64,000 nucleotides of DNA from Penicillus capitatus (GCA_965649825.1 OZ287697.1:1079635-1143634), one strand, 5' to 3'; positions 25,458 through 39,057 are shown, numbered from the stretch's first letter. Program-made: numbers and translations. The notes: generated by a model from the sequence alone, not told the origin.

Positions 25458-26295
25458 GATCACAATTTAATCGATCCTATCGAACTGCCTCGCTACTCTG
25501 CCATACACGCCGAATCGACGATAGACCGTGTTGATGTGACGTCTGTTTCCCAATGGCTCTTTATCTAAACCTTCTGCTTGAGAATGGTGAGGTAATGTGC
25601 GTGGTTCTCTGTTATCGGGTGAACTCTACCGATACAATGAAGTCGAATTCGTCATCGTCGACAAGATCGTCGTCATCGTCTATCTGCCCTATCGGTCGTC
25701 GCATCTTGGCGAAGTGTTATATTACGGCTGTCTTGGCGATCATGGGTTTTTTTCTGCCCCAAAATCGCAATTCCAAGGCAGAGATCGTCGTCGATTTCGA
25801 TGACGTTCCGAAAAGATGGTGCTCGGCTCCGCAATGCAGACCGTAGTTTGTATGAAATTTTCCTCTTCGTCCATCGTAGCCGCCCGCTGCCCAGACCGTG
25901 CCGTCGAGGGCAAAGGTGCCGTGCTGTTCGAGAGATGTTCCGCTTAAGAGACTCAGCACACGCTCATCGTTTTCTTTCGCGTTGTTTTTGTGTTGCGATT
26001 TCTTAACGCGTATGACACCGACGTTGATGTCAAGGGCCTTGCGTGCAGCCAGTGGTCGAGATTCATTTCCGCTTTCATGCGTTGGCTTTCTAACCGACGT
26101 ATCGAGCACGCGTAAAAAATGTATCGTCCGTTCCTTTCCGTCCTGCTTCTTGGCATCCTGCATGCCGCCTGTTCAGAAAACAGCATTCACAGTAGGGACG
26201 TCACCGCGCTAAACGGCCCGTCGACCCGCGCTTCGTTCTTCCTCACCGCCTCAAACCCGTCGTCATAGCTAAAACTCATGACGTTCTTTGTTTAG

Positions 26296-29200
26296 AAGCT
26301 TTCCTCAACCGTCCTGAAGCAAGAGAACACCGACAACAGGAACGACAGCTTCGAGGGGTGAGCACAGAACAGCCTCACTAAACAAGAAAAAAAAAAATAC
26401 TGAAGTGTCTTGCACTTAGGCACCACGGGAAGCACGTGCTTTGTTTCAAGCTTCGAGTACGGAGAGCGAACCGGACGAAGGTGCCCCTCACACATCTGTT
26501 ACCACCAATTCCAGCACTCAGCTGTCTGTTCGTGTGCTGCGTAGTTCAATGTGGAATAGATGAAATTGCTATCGGCTTCTATTTGGATGCCGCATCGCGT
26601 ACATGGCGCATCACCGATACTGTATTGGACGATATCGACAACGATTTGCAGCGACTTGTCGATTGCACCGAAGAAGGCGATACGATTCTTTTCGATGTCA
26701 CCGGCATGATCGTCGCTCTGGCCAAACGTGTGACGATTCGATGGCCGTTGACGATCACAGCCGACATCGAAGATCGAGAACTGGTCGATGGCATCTTTCC
26801 AGAAGCGCCCAGTCGAGCAACGATGGTCTGTCCTTACGAAAACGAAGGCATCTTTCTTGTGAAGTTCGTTGCTATGATGGCTCTGTCTGCGACTGAGACA
26901 GTGGTTGCTCAGGGCCAAAAGCATCATCTTTGCTAATCTCGCATTCGAGCGCTGCATTTTTGAGGACGGCGAAGCGCCAGGCGCGATTATCGAAATCGAC
27001 AAATGCTCATCGCAGCGCTCCACTGATATTGTCCGCTTTCACCACATCGGTTTTAACGGAAATCGTATGATCGATGCCGTGGGTCTCAGGATCGACGCTC
27101 CATCGTGCGCCGAGCTCGAAATGATCGACATTGAGTTTACCAACAACATGTGTTTTGGCGCCTGCGGTGCCGTGCTCGCCGAGAAGAGCACGTTACGGGA
27201 CGTGACAATCGAAGGCAATACCTTCTCCATCAGGGACGGTGCCAAACCTGCTGTGATCTATGGCGGTTACGGTTCCGACACCATCGCCAAACGTGTGACC
27301 GTTAACGATAACGAATGCGCTGCATTCCACATCGAAGAAGGATTCATGACCGTGACCGATTCTACCTTTTCCCGCAACGGAATCATCGGAATAGAGAACG
27401 AGATCGAAATGGGCGGATGTTTTCACTTGGATGACGCTGGATTGACGATCGAAGATTGCGAGTTTCATCAGAACACTGCCGAAAACGGCGGCGTGATCAT
27501 GGGCGTCGAATCCGACGTCATCGCAACCCGATGTACATTCGAAAATAACACAGCCATTATGGGAGGCGTCATGTATTTTGGCGATGATACTTCACTCTCT
27601 ATCCAACGGTGCCAATTCGCATCAAACAGTGCCGGAGAAGATGGCGGTGTTCTTTTCGCCTCAGAGACAGAAGTGGATATTGCCAACAGCACCTTTACGG
27701 ACAACATGGCTGAGAGAAGAGGCGGATGTGTCTTCCTGGAGCGCTTCAGCACGTTTGAACTGTTGGGTGCGTCGCTGCGACGCAATAATGCGCTCGATGG
27801 AGGAGCAGTGGCCGTCACGGATCGATCGACTGGCAACATCATCGATTGCGACTTCATCAAAAACACGGCAGATGAAGGCGGCGGTTCTTGCATTGTGGAT
27901 GAAGCCAGACTCACTCTCCGTTATTCTCGATTCACCGAAGGCACAGCATTGCTTGGAGGATTCGTACATGCCAAGCGTGCCTCAGTCGATCTCGGCAATT
28001 TGACGTTCGTCGGTGGGACAGCGCGTGATGGAGGTGCTATCCATGCCATGTACCAGAGTCGACTGGATGTGGACAATGTGACGTTGGAAGAGAATCAGGC
28101 ACGTCAGGATGGCGGCGCTGTTTACATGGCCGAGAATTGCACAGCGAATGTGACCGAAACGCAGTGCCATGCGAATGTGGCCAAAAGAGATGGCGGATTT
28201 CTTTGCGCCGAGGCATCATCGACACTCAACATGCGCCAGTGTTCTGGTAAAGATCATCGCGCGTCGAAAGGCGGCGGAGTCGTCATCGGAAGAAGCTCCA
28301 GTCGCATTCAGATGGACGATGTCACGTTACGATCGAATGAAGCCGGTGCAGGAGGTGTCGTTCTTCTGCAGTCTGGATCGTCTGGCGTCTTCACAAACTG
28401 CTCCTTCTCAGGCAACGCTGCTGATCAAACCGGTGGCGTCATGCATATCGAAGACGCGAATCTGGAGATGCAAAGGTCGACATTCTCGACAAGCCATGCG
28501 CAACGAGCAGGATTTATTTTTGCGTCGAGCTCGACATTCGATATCGCCGATTGCACTTTGAAGAAGGGATCAGCGGATGATGGTGGATGCGTCTACGTCG
28601 ATCGAGGAGGGTCCTTTACCGGCTATAATGTATCCCTTAGTCGATGCGAAGCCAAGAAGAACGGCGGAGCGATTTACGTTCGTGACGGGCCAGACGTGCT
28701 ACTGCAATTCTGTCGGGTATCGACGACGAAGGCTAACGAGAGCGGCGGTGTCCTTTTTTCACACGGCGCTTCGATCGCCATCGAAGATTCTTCATTTGTC
28801 GATAGTGAAGCCGATCGATTCGGCGGCGGCATTTATGCTACGCAGCAAGGCTCGCTCGAGATGCTCTTTTCTTCCATCGAGAAGACATCGGCGAGCGATG
28901 GAGGCGCCATCGCGATCAGTGCTAATGTCACAGCAAACATCACAGAATCTAGTTTTACCAAGAACGCAGCGACTGACAGAGGCGCGTCGTGGTTCATCGA
29001 ATCATCGATCGCCACGTTTAGCGCGAGTGAATTCGTCGACGGTACCGCACATTTGGGCGGACTCGTCTACATCACCAATCGATCCTCCGTGGACATCCAA
29101 GAAGGCAATTTCGAAAATGGCGAGAGTGAACAGGGCGGATGTCTATCGGCAGAGCTCGAAACGCAGTTGGTGCTAGAAAACGTGGATATGGACGAATGCA

Positions 29201-32200
29201 GAGCGAGAGGAATCGGCGGCGGTATTGTCTTAAGGCAGATGTCGAAAGCAGATATGACAGATGTCCGCATCCGATCGACCAGCGCGAATGCCAGTGGAGG
29301 GGCCCTTTTCTGTTCGAATTCCGAACTCAGCGCCAAGCGATTTGAGATCGAAGACAGCTCTGCCGGTGTTCGAGGCGGCGCCCTATATGCTGCCTCTTCT
29401 AGCGTCGTCTCTCTGAAAAAATCCACAGTACACCATACCTCTGCGATGATCGGTGGAGCAGCAATGCTTGAAGCCAATGTGTCTGCCGTATTCGAAAATG
29501 TGACGTTTACGGAATCGATCGCTGATCGTACTGGTGGCGTGAGCTACGTCGATCGATCGAGTTTAGCAATCGTCGACAGTCTAATCGAAGACAGCAGAGC
29601 GCAGGACGGCGGCTGCGTTTATTCGCGGCAGTCCTCTCTGAACATCGACGACTCGATCATGCGCAACTGCACGGCGATCGAATCTGGTGGATGTGTCGTG
29701 GCTGAAAGCGGTAGCTCTGTCGTTATGAGCGATGCAAGTCTGACAGAAAGCTCGGCGAGATACGGTGGGGCCATCATGCTTCAGAATTCGACGCTAAATG
29801 CACAGCGCCTGCACGTTACGAAGAGTCGAGCACGTTATGATGGCGGAGCGATCTTTGCTGGAAATGCATCGACGGTGCTCTGCGCCGCATGCCATCTAGA
29901 AAACAATGCAGCTAAGGGTAAAGGTGGGGCCATCTCTTTCGACTCTGCCACGTCACAAATTCTCGCTCTGCAATTCGACAAGAGCACCATTCAAGGAAAC
30001 ACTGCCGATCAAGGAGGTCAGTATGAATCAATTCTTCTGTACCCTCTGGCATAGGGTTACGAATTGTGTAGGTGGTCTCTACTTCACCAGCAGCAATCGC
30101 AGCGCAGAATGTGCGAATCCAGGAGCGCAATGTTCCGTTGCCGTTCTATCGGAGACGACCTTTGTCGACAACGAAGCGTCTTCCATCGGCGGCGCTCTTT
30201 TCTCTAATGAACTGACTGCCATTCGAGTCGCCTGCTCATCACAGGATAAGCGTCCCAGATCCGAATTCTACGCGAGAGAGGAGTGGGAGTCCATGGGCAG
30301 TTTAAAATCGAATGCCGATCTATGCAAGGAGTGGAAAGGAAATCGAGCCAAAACTTATGGACCGGCAGCCGCTTCCTACATTCGCACTGTCAAGAAAACG
30401 ATTCACTACGATCACGATAACACAAGCGTCGTTGTTGAAGGAAACACGCATGTCATCGCCAATCAGCGCAGTGGATCGCACTTACCCACAATTCTGCTTC
30501 AAGCTACTGATGAACTCGAACAGGGCCCCGCCATCGGCGCCAGCAATGAGACGATTGAAGCGATCATGTCGTCACCGGACAATTTTTTCGTGGGATCGAT
30601 CCGCGTGTCTCTCGCCTTTGGCGAAGCCGTCATCTCCGGCATTGCTGAATTTGCGCCGCCAGGGACTTACCAAATCCTGATCGCCTTTAACGATGAGAGC
30701 ATGGAGGCCTTAGCTCTTGAGGTTCACATTCGAGAGTGCCTCATCAACGAAGCATGGACGGTGGAAGGACCAACCTGTCGAGAATGTTCGGCCGCAACGT
30801 ACAATTTTTTGCCCGATGACGAAATGGGCTGTCGTCCGTGTCCCGATAAGGCAATCTGTGAGAGCCGTGTGATCCAACCAAAGAAAGGATACTGGCATCA
30901 GACTCCGTGTTCCGAACACATCCAACGATGTACCAAATTCAAAGCCTGCGATTTTGCAGACCGCGAGAATCTGCTGATGGAGATCGGTGACGCCACAGAG
31001 ACGTGCGATTTCGAAGAAGACCAGTTGACGGAATACACACACGCACAATGTCGCAAAGTACGTGCAACTAATCTCACACTTTTTCTCACAATCGTCGTTG
31101 CCATGCATAGGGCCACTCAGGTCCGCTATGTGGCTCCTGTGAAGCTGGATACGGTCGATCGCAATCATCCCTCTGCAAAAACTGTTTCATCAAGTTTGGC
31201 AATGTGATGCTGGTTTTGCTCTCGAGTCTGATTCTGCTGTCCCTCTGCTGTTTGTTCGTTCGGAGCAACGTGGTGTCGTTTTTATCCACGATTCGAAGAG
31301 AACAGGTGCCGACGTCGCCATCCGAAGGCCCGTCAACCAGTAGCAACTTATCACCAGCGGATATGAACGCGGTGAAAGTATGGTCCTCAGAAAGGATAGT
31401 AAACAGCGGAAAGACGCCTCAGCAGGTTTCGGATAGACGCCAGATGACCGTCAATTCTCCGGAACTGGCCAAATGGAAAACGGCAGAAATGTTTAAAGTA
31501 TAAGCATCGCTCACTCTTACGACGGCAAAGAGTGATGTATGGTGCGATAGATCATCATCAACTATCTCCAGATGATCGCTCTTGCAGTGAGTGTGAATGT
31601 GGATTGGTCTGTCACGTTGGTCGCTCTCTACGAAGCAGCAGGCAAGCATCGGATCCCTCTGAGTGCGTTCGTTCGTACATTGCTTATCGTCTAGGTTTCG
31701 TGAGTGGCATGACGACGGAGACAACGCATCGATCTGTCGAATGCTTGGCGTCTGATGAGGCATCCGTCATCGGCGTCGTGATCGATCTCGTTCTACCTCT
31801 CATTGTCATTGTTCTATTCGTGATCTTTTGGACACTAGCCATGGTTAGGTACAAGGAAAACGTGATCTATCTACTGAGAAAGATCATCCTTAGTGCCACG
31901 GCTGTTTTCTACATTTCCTACCTATCTCTCACAAAAACAATAATAAACATCCTTATCTGTGTCGAAGTTCACGATTCTGTCGATTTCATAAATGATTCCA
32001 CTGCATATTACTGGGCAATGGATACCAGTGTTACATGCTACAAGGGATCGCATGTCGTTCTTGCTAGTGCCTTGGGCTGGCCTCTCTTTGCCCTGTTCAC
32101 TATAGGCTTTCCCATGACACTCGCTGGCGTTGTTCTGTGTTGCGTTCAGGACGATTACCAAAAAGGAAGGGTGTATGACACGACAGGTATCATGTATCGC

Positions 32201-32737
32201 TCTTACAAAAAGCGATTTGTGTATTGGGAGTCTCTGATTCTGCTGAGAAAGGCGATCCTTGCAGTGGTCGTTGCCTTTTCTTACTCACTAGGTCCCAATC
32301 TCCAGGCAGTACTCGCTGTCTTTGTTTTGGGACTGGCCCTGTATTCACAAGCGCTGTGCCGTCCTTTTCGTGAGGAGTTTGAAGTTTTGAATGAGATGGA
32401 AGGAATCTCGATTCTTGCTTCTTTGCTCACTTTTGTGTCGAGCATTTTTTTCGAGGACGAACGCGTGTCAGATAGCATCCAGATTTTCATAACGGTGATC
32501 GTTACCCTGTGCAATCTCGGACTGTTTTTCTTTTTCCTTGTTTTCTTTTTCAGACTCGGTGCCAAGTACATAAGAACGATCTTGGACAGAGAAGACGTGG
32601 CCTACGATTCTGACGGTGAAACGTATCATATTCTTAAGGTCTATTTCTTTGATCATGTGTTTGGACATATTCGTGGAGCGATTGGTCGCTGTGGAAAACG
32701 CATTTCCCGCACGTTGAATCGCCGATCCGATGCTTAG
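26296..32737 (+). CDS. Giant surface protein, paralog 1: Pmp-like parallel beta-helix repeats + Cys-rich stalk + multi-TM domain (5' end unresolved)
   Basis: A 1049-codon exon with many GGA[ILV]/GG[CV] and FxxN motifs; CxxC..CP..C..IQPKKGYWHQTPCS; last exon 31532-32737 with hydrophobic helices and YWAMDTSVTCYKGSH / YWESLILLRKA. Homologous to features at 53543 and 60048. Confidence 0.85.
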
Positions 32738-33379
32738 ATCACGTTTCTCATCATGGCAGTGTGTTTGTCTTTTCCTTGTGCTAAGAATGTACTTCACTTG
32801 CTCTCTGTTACACACCTCATTTGTAGATCCGTCAGATAAATGCTGTCTAGGACCGCTTCGAAAACGGGAAAGGTATTTGTCCATCTCGAGCGCGTTCAGT
32901 TCTGAAAGATCTGTAGTTGAACTTGTATATCATTGTCGATGCTTAACGCTTTATGACTGAAAGACACTCGAGGCACGATGTCTCTGGATTCCTGAACTAT
33001 TGTCTGTTCTGTCGAAACGCAGCAACGGTAACGTAACGGTAAAGGATTTCGACGGACGACAGAGTGATGATCTTCTTTCGGCGAGACGTTACGGCGATTC
33101 CGAATCGGCCTCGTTTGCCAAAGTTTGTGGGTGCGTGATGTGATTGCCACAGCGGCAGGGAAGTGAACGTAAAAATAGATACAGTGTGAGTTAATCCATG
33201 GCGTTTTGCAGGTCGAAATATTCTACATATGGTTTGCAAAGAACCTGCTTTGACGCGTTCCCTCTCGACACTTCAAAATTTATCGACAACGCTTCATCGA
33301 TAGGTAACGATGCCGACAGCTAACCCGTATGTATGTAGCGATAGCAAAAATGAGAATTCTGGACGGGAATTCGTTATAC

Positions 33380-35238
33380 ATCGATTCTTCTTTGAATTCT
33401 AAATCGCTTTCACGCGATCGAGTGTTTACGAATAAGAGGAGCTTTAACATTAATGTGATGACATAATAGGAAGGGACCTCAGCCGAGGTCTGAGTAAACT
33501 AGAAACCTGCTGTTCAAACACACTAAACGGACAACAGAGGTCCGTAAACTTGGCATTCATGTGAGAATTCTGGTTCAGGGAAACCGGTGTGTAAATCTCT
33601 AGAAGCGGTATGTAAGCAAGGCGACTTCCTTGTTGTATCTTCTGATCGCACACGTGACCTCGTCTTCGTCCGAGACCACACATGATGGAGTCTCGAGAAA
33701 GAATCCAAAGGACTTCTCCCAGCCCAGCCATTTCATCCCGTCGAAGGAGTTTCTGTAGAGGTAGGATCCCTCTCCGACAGCAAAACAGTGTATCTTGCCA
33801 ACACCGGTGGTCACACATTCCGGTGCCGAATGAAAGACACCTCCCAGATCGACCCAGTCGCGCCATTTACCATCGTAGGTCCTCTGCATAACGCTGTTCT
33901 CTTTAACACCCAAGCTGAAAATGTCCATCCTGTTCGAACTCCATGACGTCGCTGATGGACGCCCATTCACTAGACCTCTGTGAACATCATAGCCGCTCGG
34001 CCAATCTCCTGAGACAAGTTTGTATTTTTCATAGAGTCCCAAGTCCATTACGGTAGCGAAGCAGGCGAAGTGGTCCTTGTTGAGCGATGTACATCCAAAG
34101 GGACCAAAAAAAATCCCTCTCAAGTTCGTGCGACTTCCCCATTTTCCATTGACTGCTCCAATGTGATGGCCTCCGTTGACGTCTCCTCTGAACATACAGT
34201 CGACGGCGGAGGGCGATCGGGCGATACAGGAAGGAACTTCCATCAATCTCCCTCCTTTGGACTGCCAGCCGCTCCATTTTCCGCCAGAAAACGTCTTGAT
34301 ATAGAGTGCAACGTTGGTGCCCAGCACCAGGACGTCGATGATGCCGACGTCGCGACTGACACATTCGATCTCGTCGACGATGGTACCGCCGAGATCCTCC
34401 CATTCGCTGTAGACACCCTTGTCAATGGAAATGTGCATGACGTTCGATTTCGGTGTTCGGATGAAGCAGTCCACACGGCCTGGTCCCCATGACGTGCAGC
34501 ATGGGCGACTTTGTGCCGTGTTCCCCGAGATCCGGAAGCGTTCTTGTGGTTTCTTGTTCACAGCTTCATTTCCGTCGATGTTGACATTGGCGTAAGAAGA
34601 TGTCGCGAGAGCGCCCTTTTTTGCCGTCATTTCCACGCCGTCGCATTTGGAAGCTCCTGAGCAGTCGTTTCTTGTAGAGCCAGTAGCAAAATTCAGTTGG
34701 ACGAGCGCCAACAAGAACAGCTGAACGCTAAACGGAGACATACCCGCTTCGGCGAATCTTTTTAATAATTAGATATCGGCAAGATGCGGCCCAATGACAA
34801 CAGACAAACGCAGATGCTGCAAGAAAGAATGGCGGAATATAGTACGGTCGCGAATACCACGTGGCGAGGAGTGTACGAATCTGGTTGTTTTCGGGAGGCG
34901 AGGCCAATCGAGTTCCTTGCCGACGCGAGTGGGCGACGGTGACGCAACGCATCGCCTTGCAGCATTCTTCTAACAAGGAGACTTCTGCCGCTGGATCATC
35001 CACTGGTGATTTGCTACGGACCAGTCAGTCCTTCAGTTCATGTTCAGCCCACAGAATCTGCTTCAGTAGAGGCTCCCCAGCTGCTCTGATTGTTCCTGGA
35101 TTCGGTATTGTTGTGTGTCTCGACGAATCAACATGATCGCGGCTGGTTGTTTTTTGCAGTCGTAGTACGCTTTTCTCGCTCACTGGACTTGATCCATGCG
35201 ACGACGATGATCATCGTTCGAAATCGATCGATCGATCG
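33380..35238. repeat. Duplicated lectin unit 1 (3' flank + CDS + 5' flank)
   Basis: 33380-35238 aligns with ~35675-37516. 34487-34827 is identical to 36772-37112. 33466-33583 is nearly identical to 41633-41750. Confidence 0.93.
33599..34741 (-). CDS. Secreted 7-bladed beta-propeller lectin, PLL/PHL (DUF346-repeat) type, copy 1, intronless
   Basis: Signal peptide MSPFSVQLFLLALVQLNFATG, then seven ~46-aa repeats of the form P-x-C-x-S-W-x-x-x-R-x-D-[CIV]-F...W-x-x-W-x-x-L-G-G, the PLL-type blade consensus. Confidence 0.8.
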   Translation of the reverse strand: MSPFSVQLFLLALVQLNFATGSTRNDCSGASKCDGVEMTAKKGALATSSYANVNIDGNEAVNKKPQERFRISGNTAQSRPCCTSWGPGRVDCFIRTPKSNVMHISIDKGVYSEWEDLGGTIVDEIECVSRDVGIIDVLVLGTNVALYIKTFSGGKWSGWQSKGGRLMEVPSCIARSPSAVDCMFRGDVNGGHHIGAVNGKWGSRTNLRGIFFGPFGCTSLNKDHFACFATVMDLGLYEKYKLVSGDWPSGYDVHRGLVNGRPSATSWSSNRMDIFSLGVKENSVMQRTYDGKWRDWVDLGGVFHSAPECVTTGVGKIHCFAVGEGSYLYRNSFDGMKWLGWEKSFGFFLETPSCVVSDEDEVTCAIRRYNKEVALLTYRF

Positions 35239-35883
35239 CAAACGAAAACAAAAATCTCTGTTTATGCTAAGCTGCGAAGACTCTACAAATCATTGACAAT
35301 CTGTCCTGCGACGTCATCATGGACGGTGCAGATCTCATCGCCACCATACGGAAGGCAAACACCGACTACTTTCTAGGCACTTGGATTTGCGACAATAGTT
35401 CAAGGGAGAGAAACCGCGTCTGCTTCATACGCAATCGCGATACTCTCGCCTTTTGCCTCGAGCACGGTGTTGACGCATCTGCTCTTAGCTTAGTGAAAAG
35501 ACGGGATGTCTCTGATGTGCGCCCTGATAGCTTCTGTTTTCTAGGTGCCTCTACGATGCTGTCTTGTTTTCCCATATCTATTCATTCACGATACAGTCAG
35601 TTCTCTTTACGACAGAAAAAAAGGTCACCAATCTTTTCTTCCACATTGATGGCACAACATTGCCGCCTTCATGGATTTTCATTTAAATCGCTTTCCACGC
35701 GAACGAGCGTTTAAGAATAAGGCGAGCTTTAACATTAATGTGATGACAGAATAGGAAGTGACCCCAGCAGATGTCTGACTAAACTAGAAACTTGTTGTTC
35801 AAACACACTAAACAGACAATAGTGCTCCGTAAACTTGGCATTCGTGTAAGAACTCTGGTTCTGGGAAACGGTTGTGTAAATCT

Positions 35884-37026
35884 CTAGAAGCGGTATGTAA
35901 GCAAGGCGACTTCCTTGTTGAATCTTCTGATCGCACACGTCACTTCGTCTTCATTGGAGACCACACATGATGGAGTCTCGAGAAAGAATCCAAAGGACTT
36001 CTCCCAGTCCGACCATTTCGCACCGTCGAAGGAGTTTCTGTAGAGGTAAGATCCCTCTCCGACAGCAAAACAGTGTATCTTGCCAACACCGGTGGTCACA
36101 CATTCCGGTGCCGAATCAAAGACACCTCCCAGATCAACCCCGTCGTGCCATTTACCATCGTAGGTCATCTGCAAAACGCTGTTCGGTCGAACACCCAAGC
36201 TGAAAATGTCCATCCTGTTCGAACCCCATGACGTCGCTGATGGACGCCCTTTCACTAGACCTCCGCGACCATAAAAGCCGCCCCATCCTGTTCCCGGGGT
36301 CCAGTATTTTTGTGAAAGGATCAAGTCCATTGAGGCAGCGAAGCAGGCGAAGTGGCCCTCGTTGAGCGACGTACATCCAAAGGGGCTAAAAAGAATCCCT
36401 CCTAAGCCCGTGGGTTTTCCCCATTCTCCATCGACAGCTTTAATGTGATAGCCTTTGCTAGCCGGTCCTCTCATAATGCAGTGGACGTTGGAGGGCGTTC
36501 GGACGACACAGGAAGGCACCTCCATCAGCTGCCCTCCTTTAGACTCCCAGTCGCTCCATTTTCCATCAGAGAATGTCTTGACCCAAAGTGCAGTGTCAGT
36601 GCCCAGCACCAGGACGTCGATGATGCCGACATCACGACTGACGCATTCGATCTCGTCGATGATGGTACCGCCGAGATCCTCCCATTCGCTGTAGACACCG
36701 TTGTCAATGGAAATGTGCATGACGTTCGAATTCGGTCCTGTTCGGACGAAGCAGTCCACACGACCAGGTCTCCATGACGTGCAGCATGGGCGACTTTGTG
36801 CCGTGTTCCCCGAGATCCGGAAGCGTTCTTGTGGTTTCTTGTTCACAGCTTCATTTCCGTCGATGTTGACATTGGCGTAAGAAGATGTCGCGAGAGCGCC
36901 CTTTTTTGCCGTCATTTCCACGCCGTCGCATTTGGAAGCTCCTGAGCAGTCGTTTCTTGTAGAGCCAGTAGCAAAATTCAGTTGGACGAGCGCCAACAAG
37001 AACAGCTGAACGCTAAACGGAGACAT
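35884..37026 (-). CDS. Secreted PLL-type beta-propeller lectin, copy 2, intronless
   Basis: 380 aa. The first 85 aa are identical to copy 1, with the same seven-blade pattern. Confidence 0.8.
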   Translation of the reverse strand: MSPFSVQLFLLALVQLNFATGSTRNDCSGASKCDGVEMTAKKGALATSSYANVNIDGNEAVNKKPQERFRISGNTAQSRPCCTSWRPGRVDCFVRTGPNSNVMHISIDNGVYSEWEDLGGTIIDEIECVSRDVGIIDVLVLGTDTALWVKTFSDGKWSDWESKGGQLMEVPSCVVRTPSNVHCIMRGPASKGYHIKAVDGEWGKPTGLGGILFSPFGCTSLNEGHFACFAASMDLILSQKYWTPGTGWGGFYGRGGLVKGRPSATSWGSNRMDIFSLGVRPNSVLQMTYDGKWHDGVDLGGVFDSAPECVTTGVGKIHCFAVGEGSYLYRNSFDGAKWSDWEKSFGFFLETPSCVVSNEDEVTCAIRRFNKEVALLTYRF

Positions 37027-38334
37027 ACCCGCTTCGGCGAATCTTTTTAATAATTAGATATCGGCAAGATGCGGCCCAATGACAACAGACAAACGCAGAT
37101 GCTGCAAGAAAGGATGACGGAATACAGTACAGTCACGTATACCACGTGGCGAGGAGTGTACGAATCTGGTTGTTTTCGGGAGGCGATGCCAATCGAGTTC
37201 CTTGCCGACGCAAGTGCGCGACGGTGACGCAACGCATCGCCTTGCAGCATTCTTCTAACAAGGAGACTTCTGCGGCTGGATCGCCCACTGGTGTTTTGCT
37301 ACGGAGCAGTCAGTCCTTCAGTCCATGTTCAGCCCACAGAATCTGCTTCAGGAGAGGCTCCCCAGCTGCTCTGATTGTTCCTGGATTCGGTATTGTTGTG
37401 TGTCTCGACGAATCAACATGATGACGGCTGGTTGTTTTTCGCAGTCGTAGTACGCTTTTCTCGCTCACTGGACTTGAGCCATGCGATGACGATGATCATC
37501 ATCCTCCGAAATCGATGGATCGAATGATCGACGTCTTCGACGGTCCCATCACGTAGCGATTGGATCGCCGACATTGCGACTGACTCGGAAAGGTAATAAT
37601 GCCTTTTCTGTTCAAGTTGAATGACGCTCGATTTGAGTCGAACAAAGATCTGCGACGAAAGATGCGTATGTGACACTGTCATGAAAAACATCACATGGTT
37701 TACGGCATTTATGATTTTTAGGTTCACAGGAAACGTATTCTCGCATGGCTCGATTTCCTTTTCGCGCTTACGACAACTACGATTGGGATACGGTGGCAAG
37801 GAGTAGAAGAATGAAATGTGACGCTGATCGCAACGTTTGACTGATTTACGGTACTGTCCAGTCGCTGGAGTGCTTGTGTCTAGTTTCCGCATTCTAAACA
37901 ATGGACATCGTTCGAATCTGTTCTTCGTTTAGAAGATCATCACGATCGCCTAACTATGCCGGTCAAAAGGAAAATGTAAAGAACAGAGATCTGTAAGATG
38001 ATTGCCACAAGAACTCCGAGTTTTATTCGGGCGACGCGTGGCTGTAGTCACTGACTTCTGATCTTACGTTGGTACCACGGAGCAATGCACACCAATCCAA
38101 ATCGCGAGACTTGCCTTACACATTCATCATTCCTTTCATAACCTGTTAGACGACGCCGATGAAGTATAAAGAATATTCCAGTTTAATCTCGTCTTCGAAG
38201 ACTATTGAACACACTAGACACAGACATCTTATGTTTTTTCTTTTAATGGTTTTACAACTCCTTTATGAAAAGATCAGGAGTGCGTCTGTGTTCAGTACAA
38301 GATCAGCTCGTAACAGGCACAGAAGCCAACATGT

Positions 38335-39057
38335 CTAAAGCCAAATGAAATGAAATGTGTACGATTGAAGGTCGGGTGACTCCAAGGAGTGCAATGGTCT
38401 TCTGTTCTGCGTTCCGCGGGGTTCAGGTAGGGTCCCGATGGGCCGCGTAGGGCTGTTGAAAATGCGAATCGGGAGGATCATGTAGTCTAGGTTAGCGTAC
38501 GATGTCGCTTTTCCGGCGAAGATCTTCTCGTGCAGGTTCCTCGAGATGAACACTCTAAGGTTGCAGATGGGAAGCCATTCTGGCAGCGGATTGCCCGAGG
38601 GATCCCTCTTTCTGCGGTTCAGGAGGTGCGGTGCAGTCATGTATGTGTTCAGGAGTCCCCGTGGGGGACATTTCCTATCGAGTCGCGTTTTGAATGGCGA
38701 TGCTGTCGAGGGCGTCTTCTGCAGCGATGCCTTCATCGACGTTCCCAATGACGACGGGATTTTGCCTGTTGAAATCGATTGGTACGGGTAGCTGACTTCA
38801 AATTTTCCGAGATCGTCGAGTTCAATGTTCCACGTGTCTTCGTCGTCCTTCAGATGTTGGTCCAGGATCTTCCCAAAAGTCTTGAATTTATCTTCGCGAA
38901 TCTGAATGTAGTATCGGCCTCCACGATCAGAACGAATGTCTTCCACAAGTTCCTTCAGGTTCGATAACTGTAAAGTTCTTTCTAGACTGATGCCGAGTTG
39001 ACGGAACGGCGGCCGTTGTCCCTTCAGATATCCGGTTTGAACTGAAAACTGCAGTCG
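38335..39057 (-). CDS. Orphan ORF B: open in the same frame immediately after the TGA of ORF A, with no in-frame ATG until deep in the ORF
   Basis: Stop-free from 39057 to the stop at 38335 (RLQFSVQTGYLKGQRPPFRQLGISLERTLQLSNLKELVEDIRSDRGGRYYIQ...). No family recognised. Confidence 0.45.
   Translation of the reverse strand, partial: RLQFSVQTGYLKGQRPPFRQLGISLERTLQLSNLKELVEDIRSDRGGRYYIQIREDKFKTFGKILDQHLKDDEDTWNIELDDLGKFEVSYPYQSISTGKIPSSLGTSMKASLQKTPSTASPFKTRLDRKCPPRGLLNTYMTAPHLLNRRKRDPSGNPLPEWLPICNLRVFISRNLHEKIFAGKATSYANLDYMILPIRIFNSPTRPIGTLPEPRGTQNRRPLHSLESPDLQSYTFHFIWL

Noticed and set aside
26377-26400. A-run (AAGAAAAAAAAAAAT) as a retroposon tail
   Set aside because: It lies inside a predicted intron of receptor paralog 1, with no flanking TSD or associated element.
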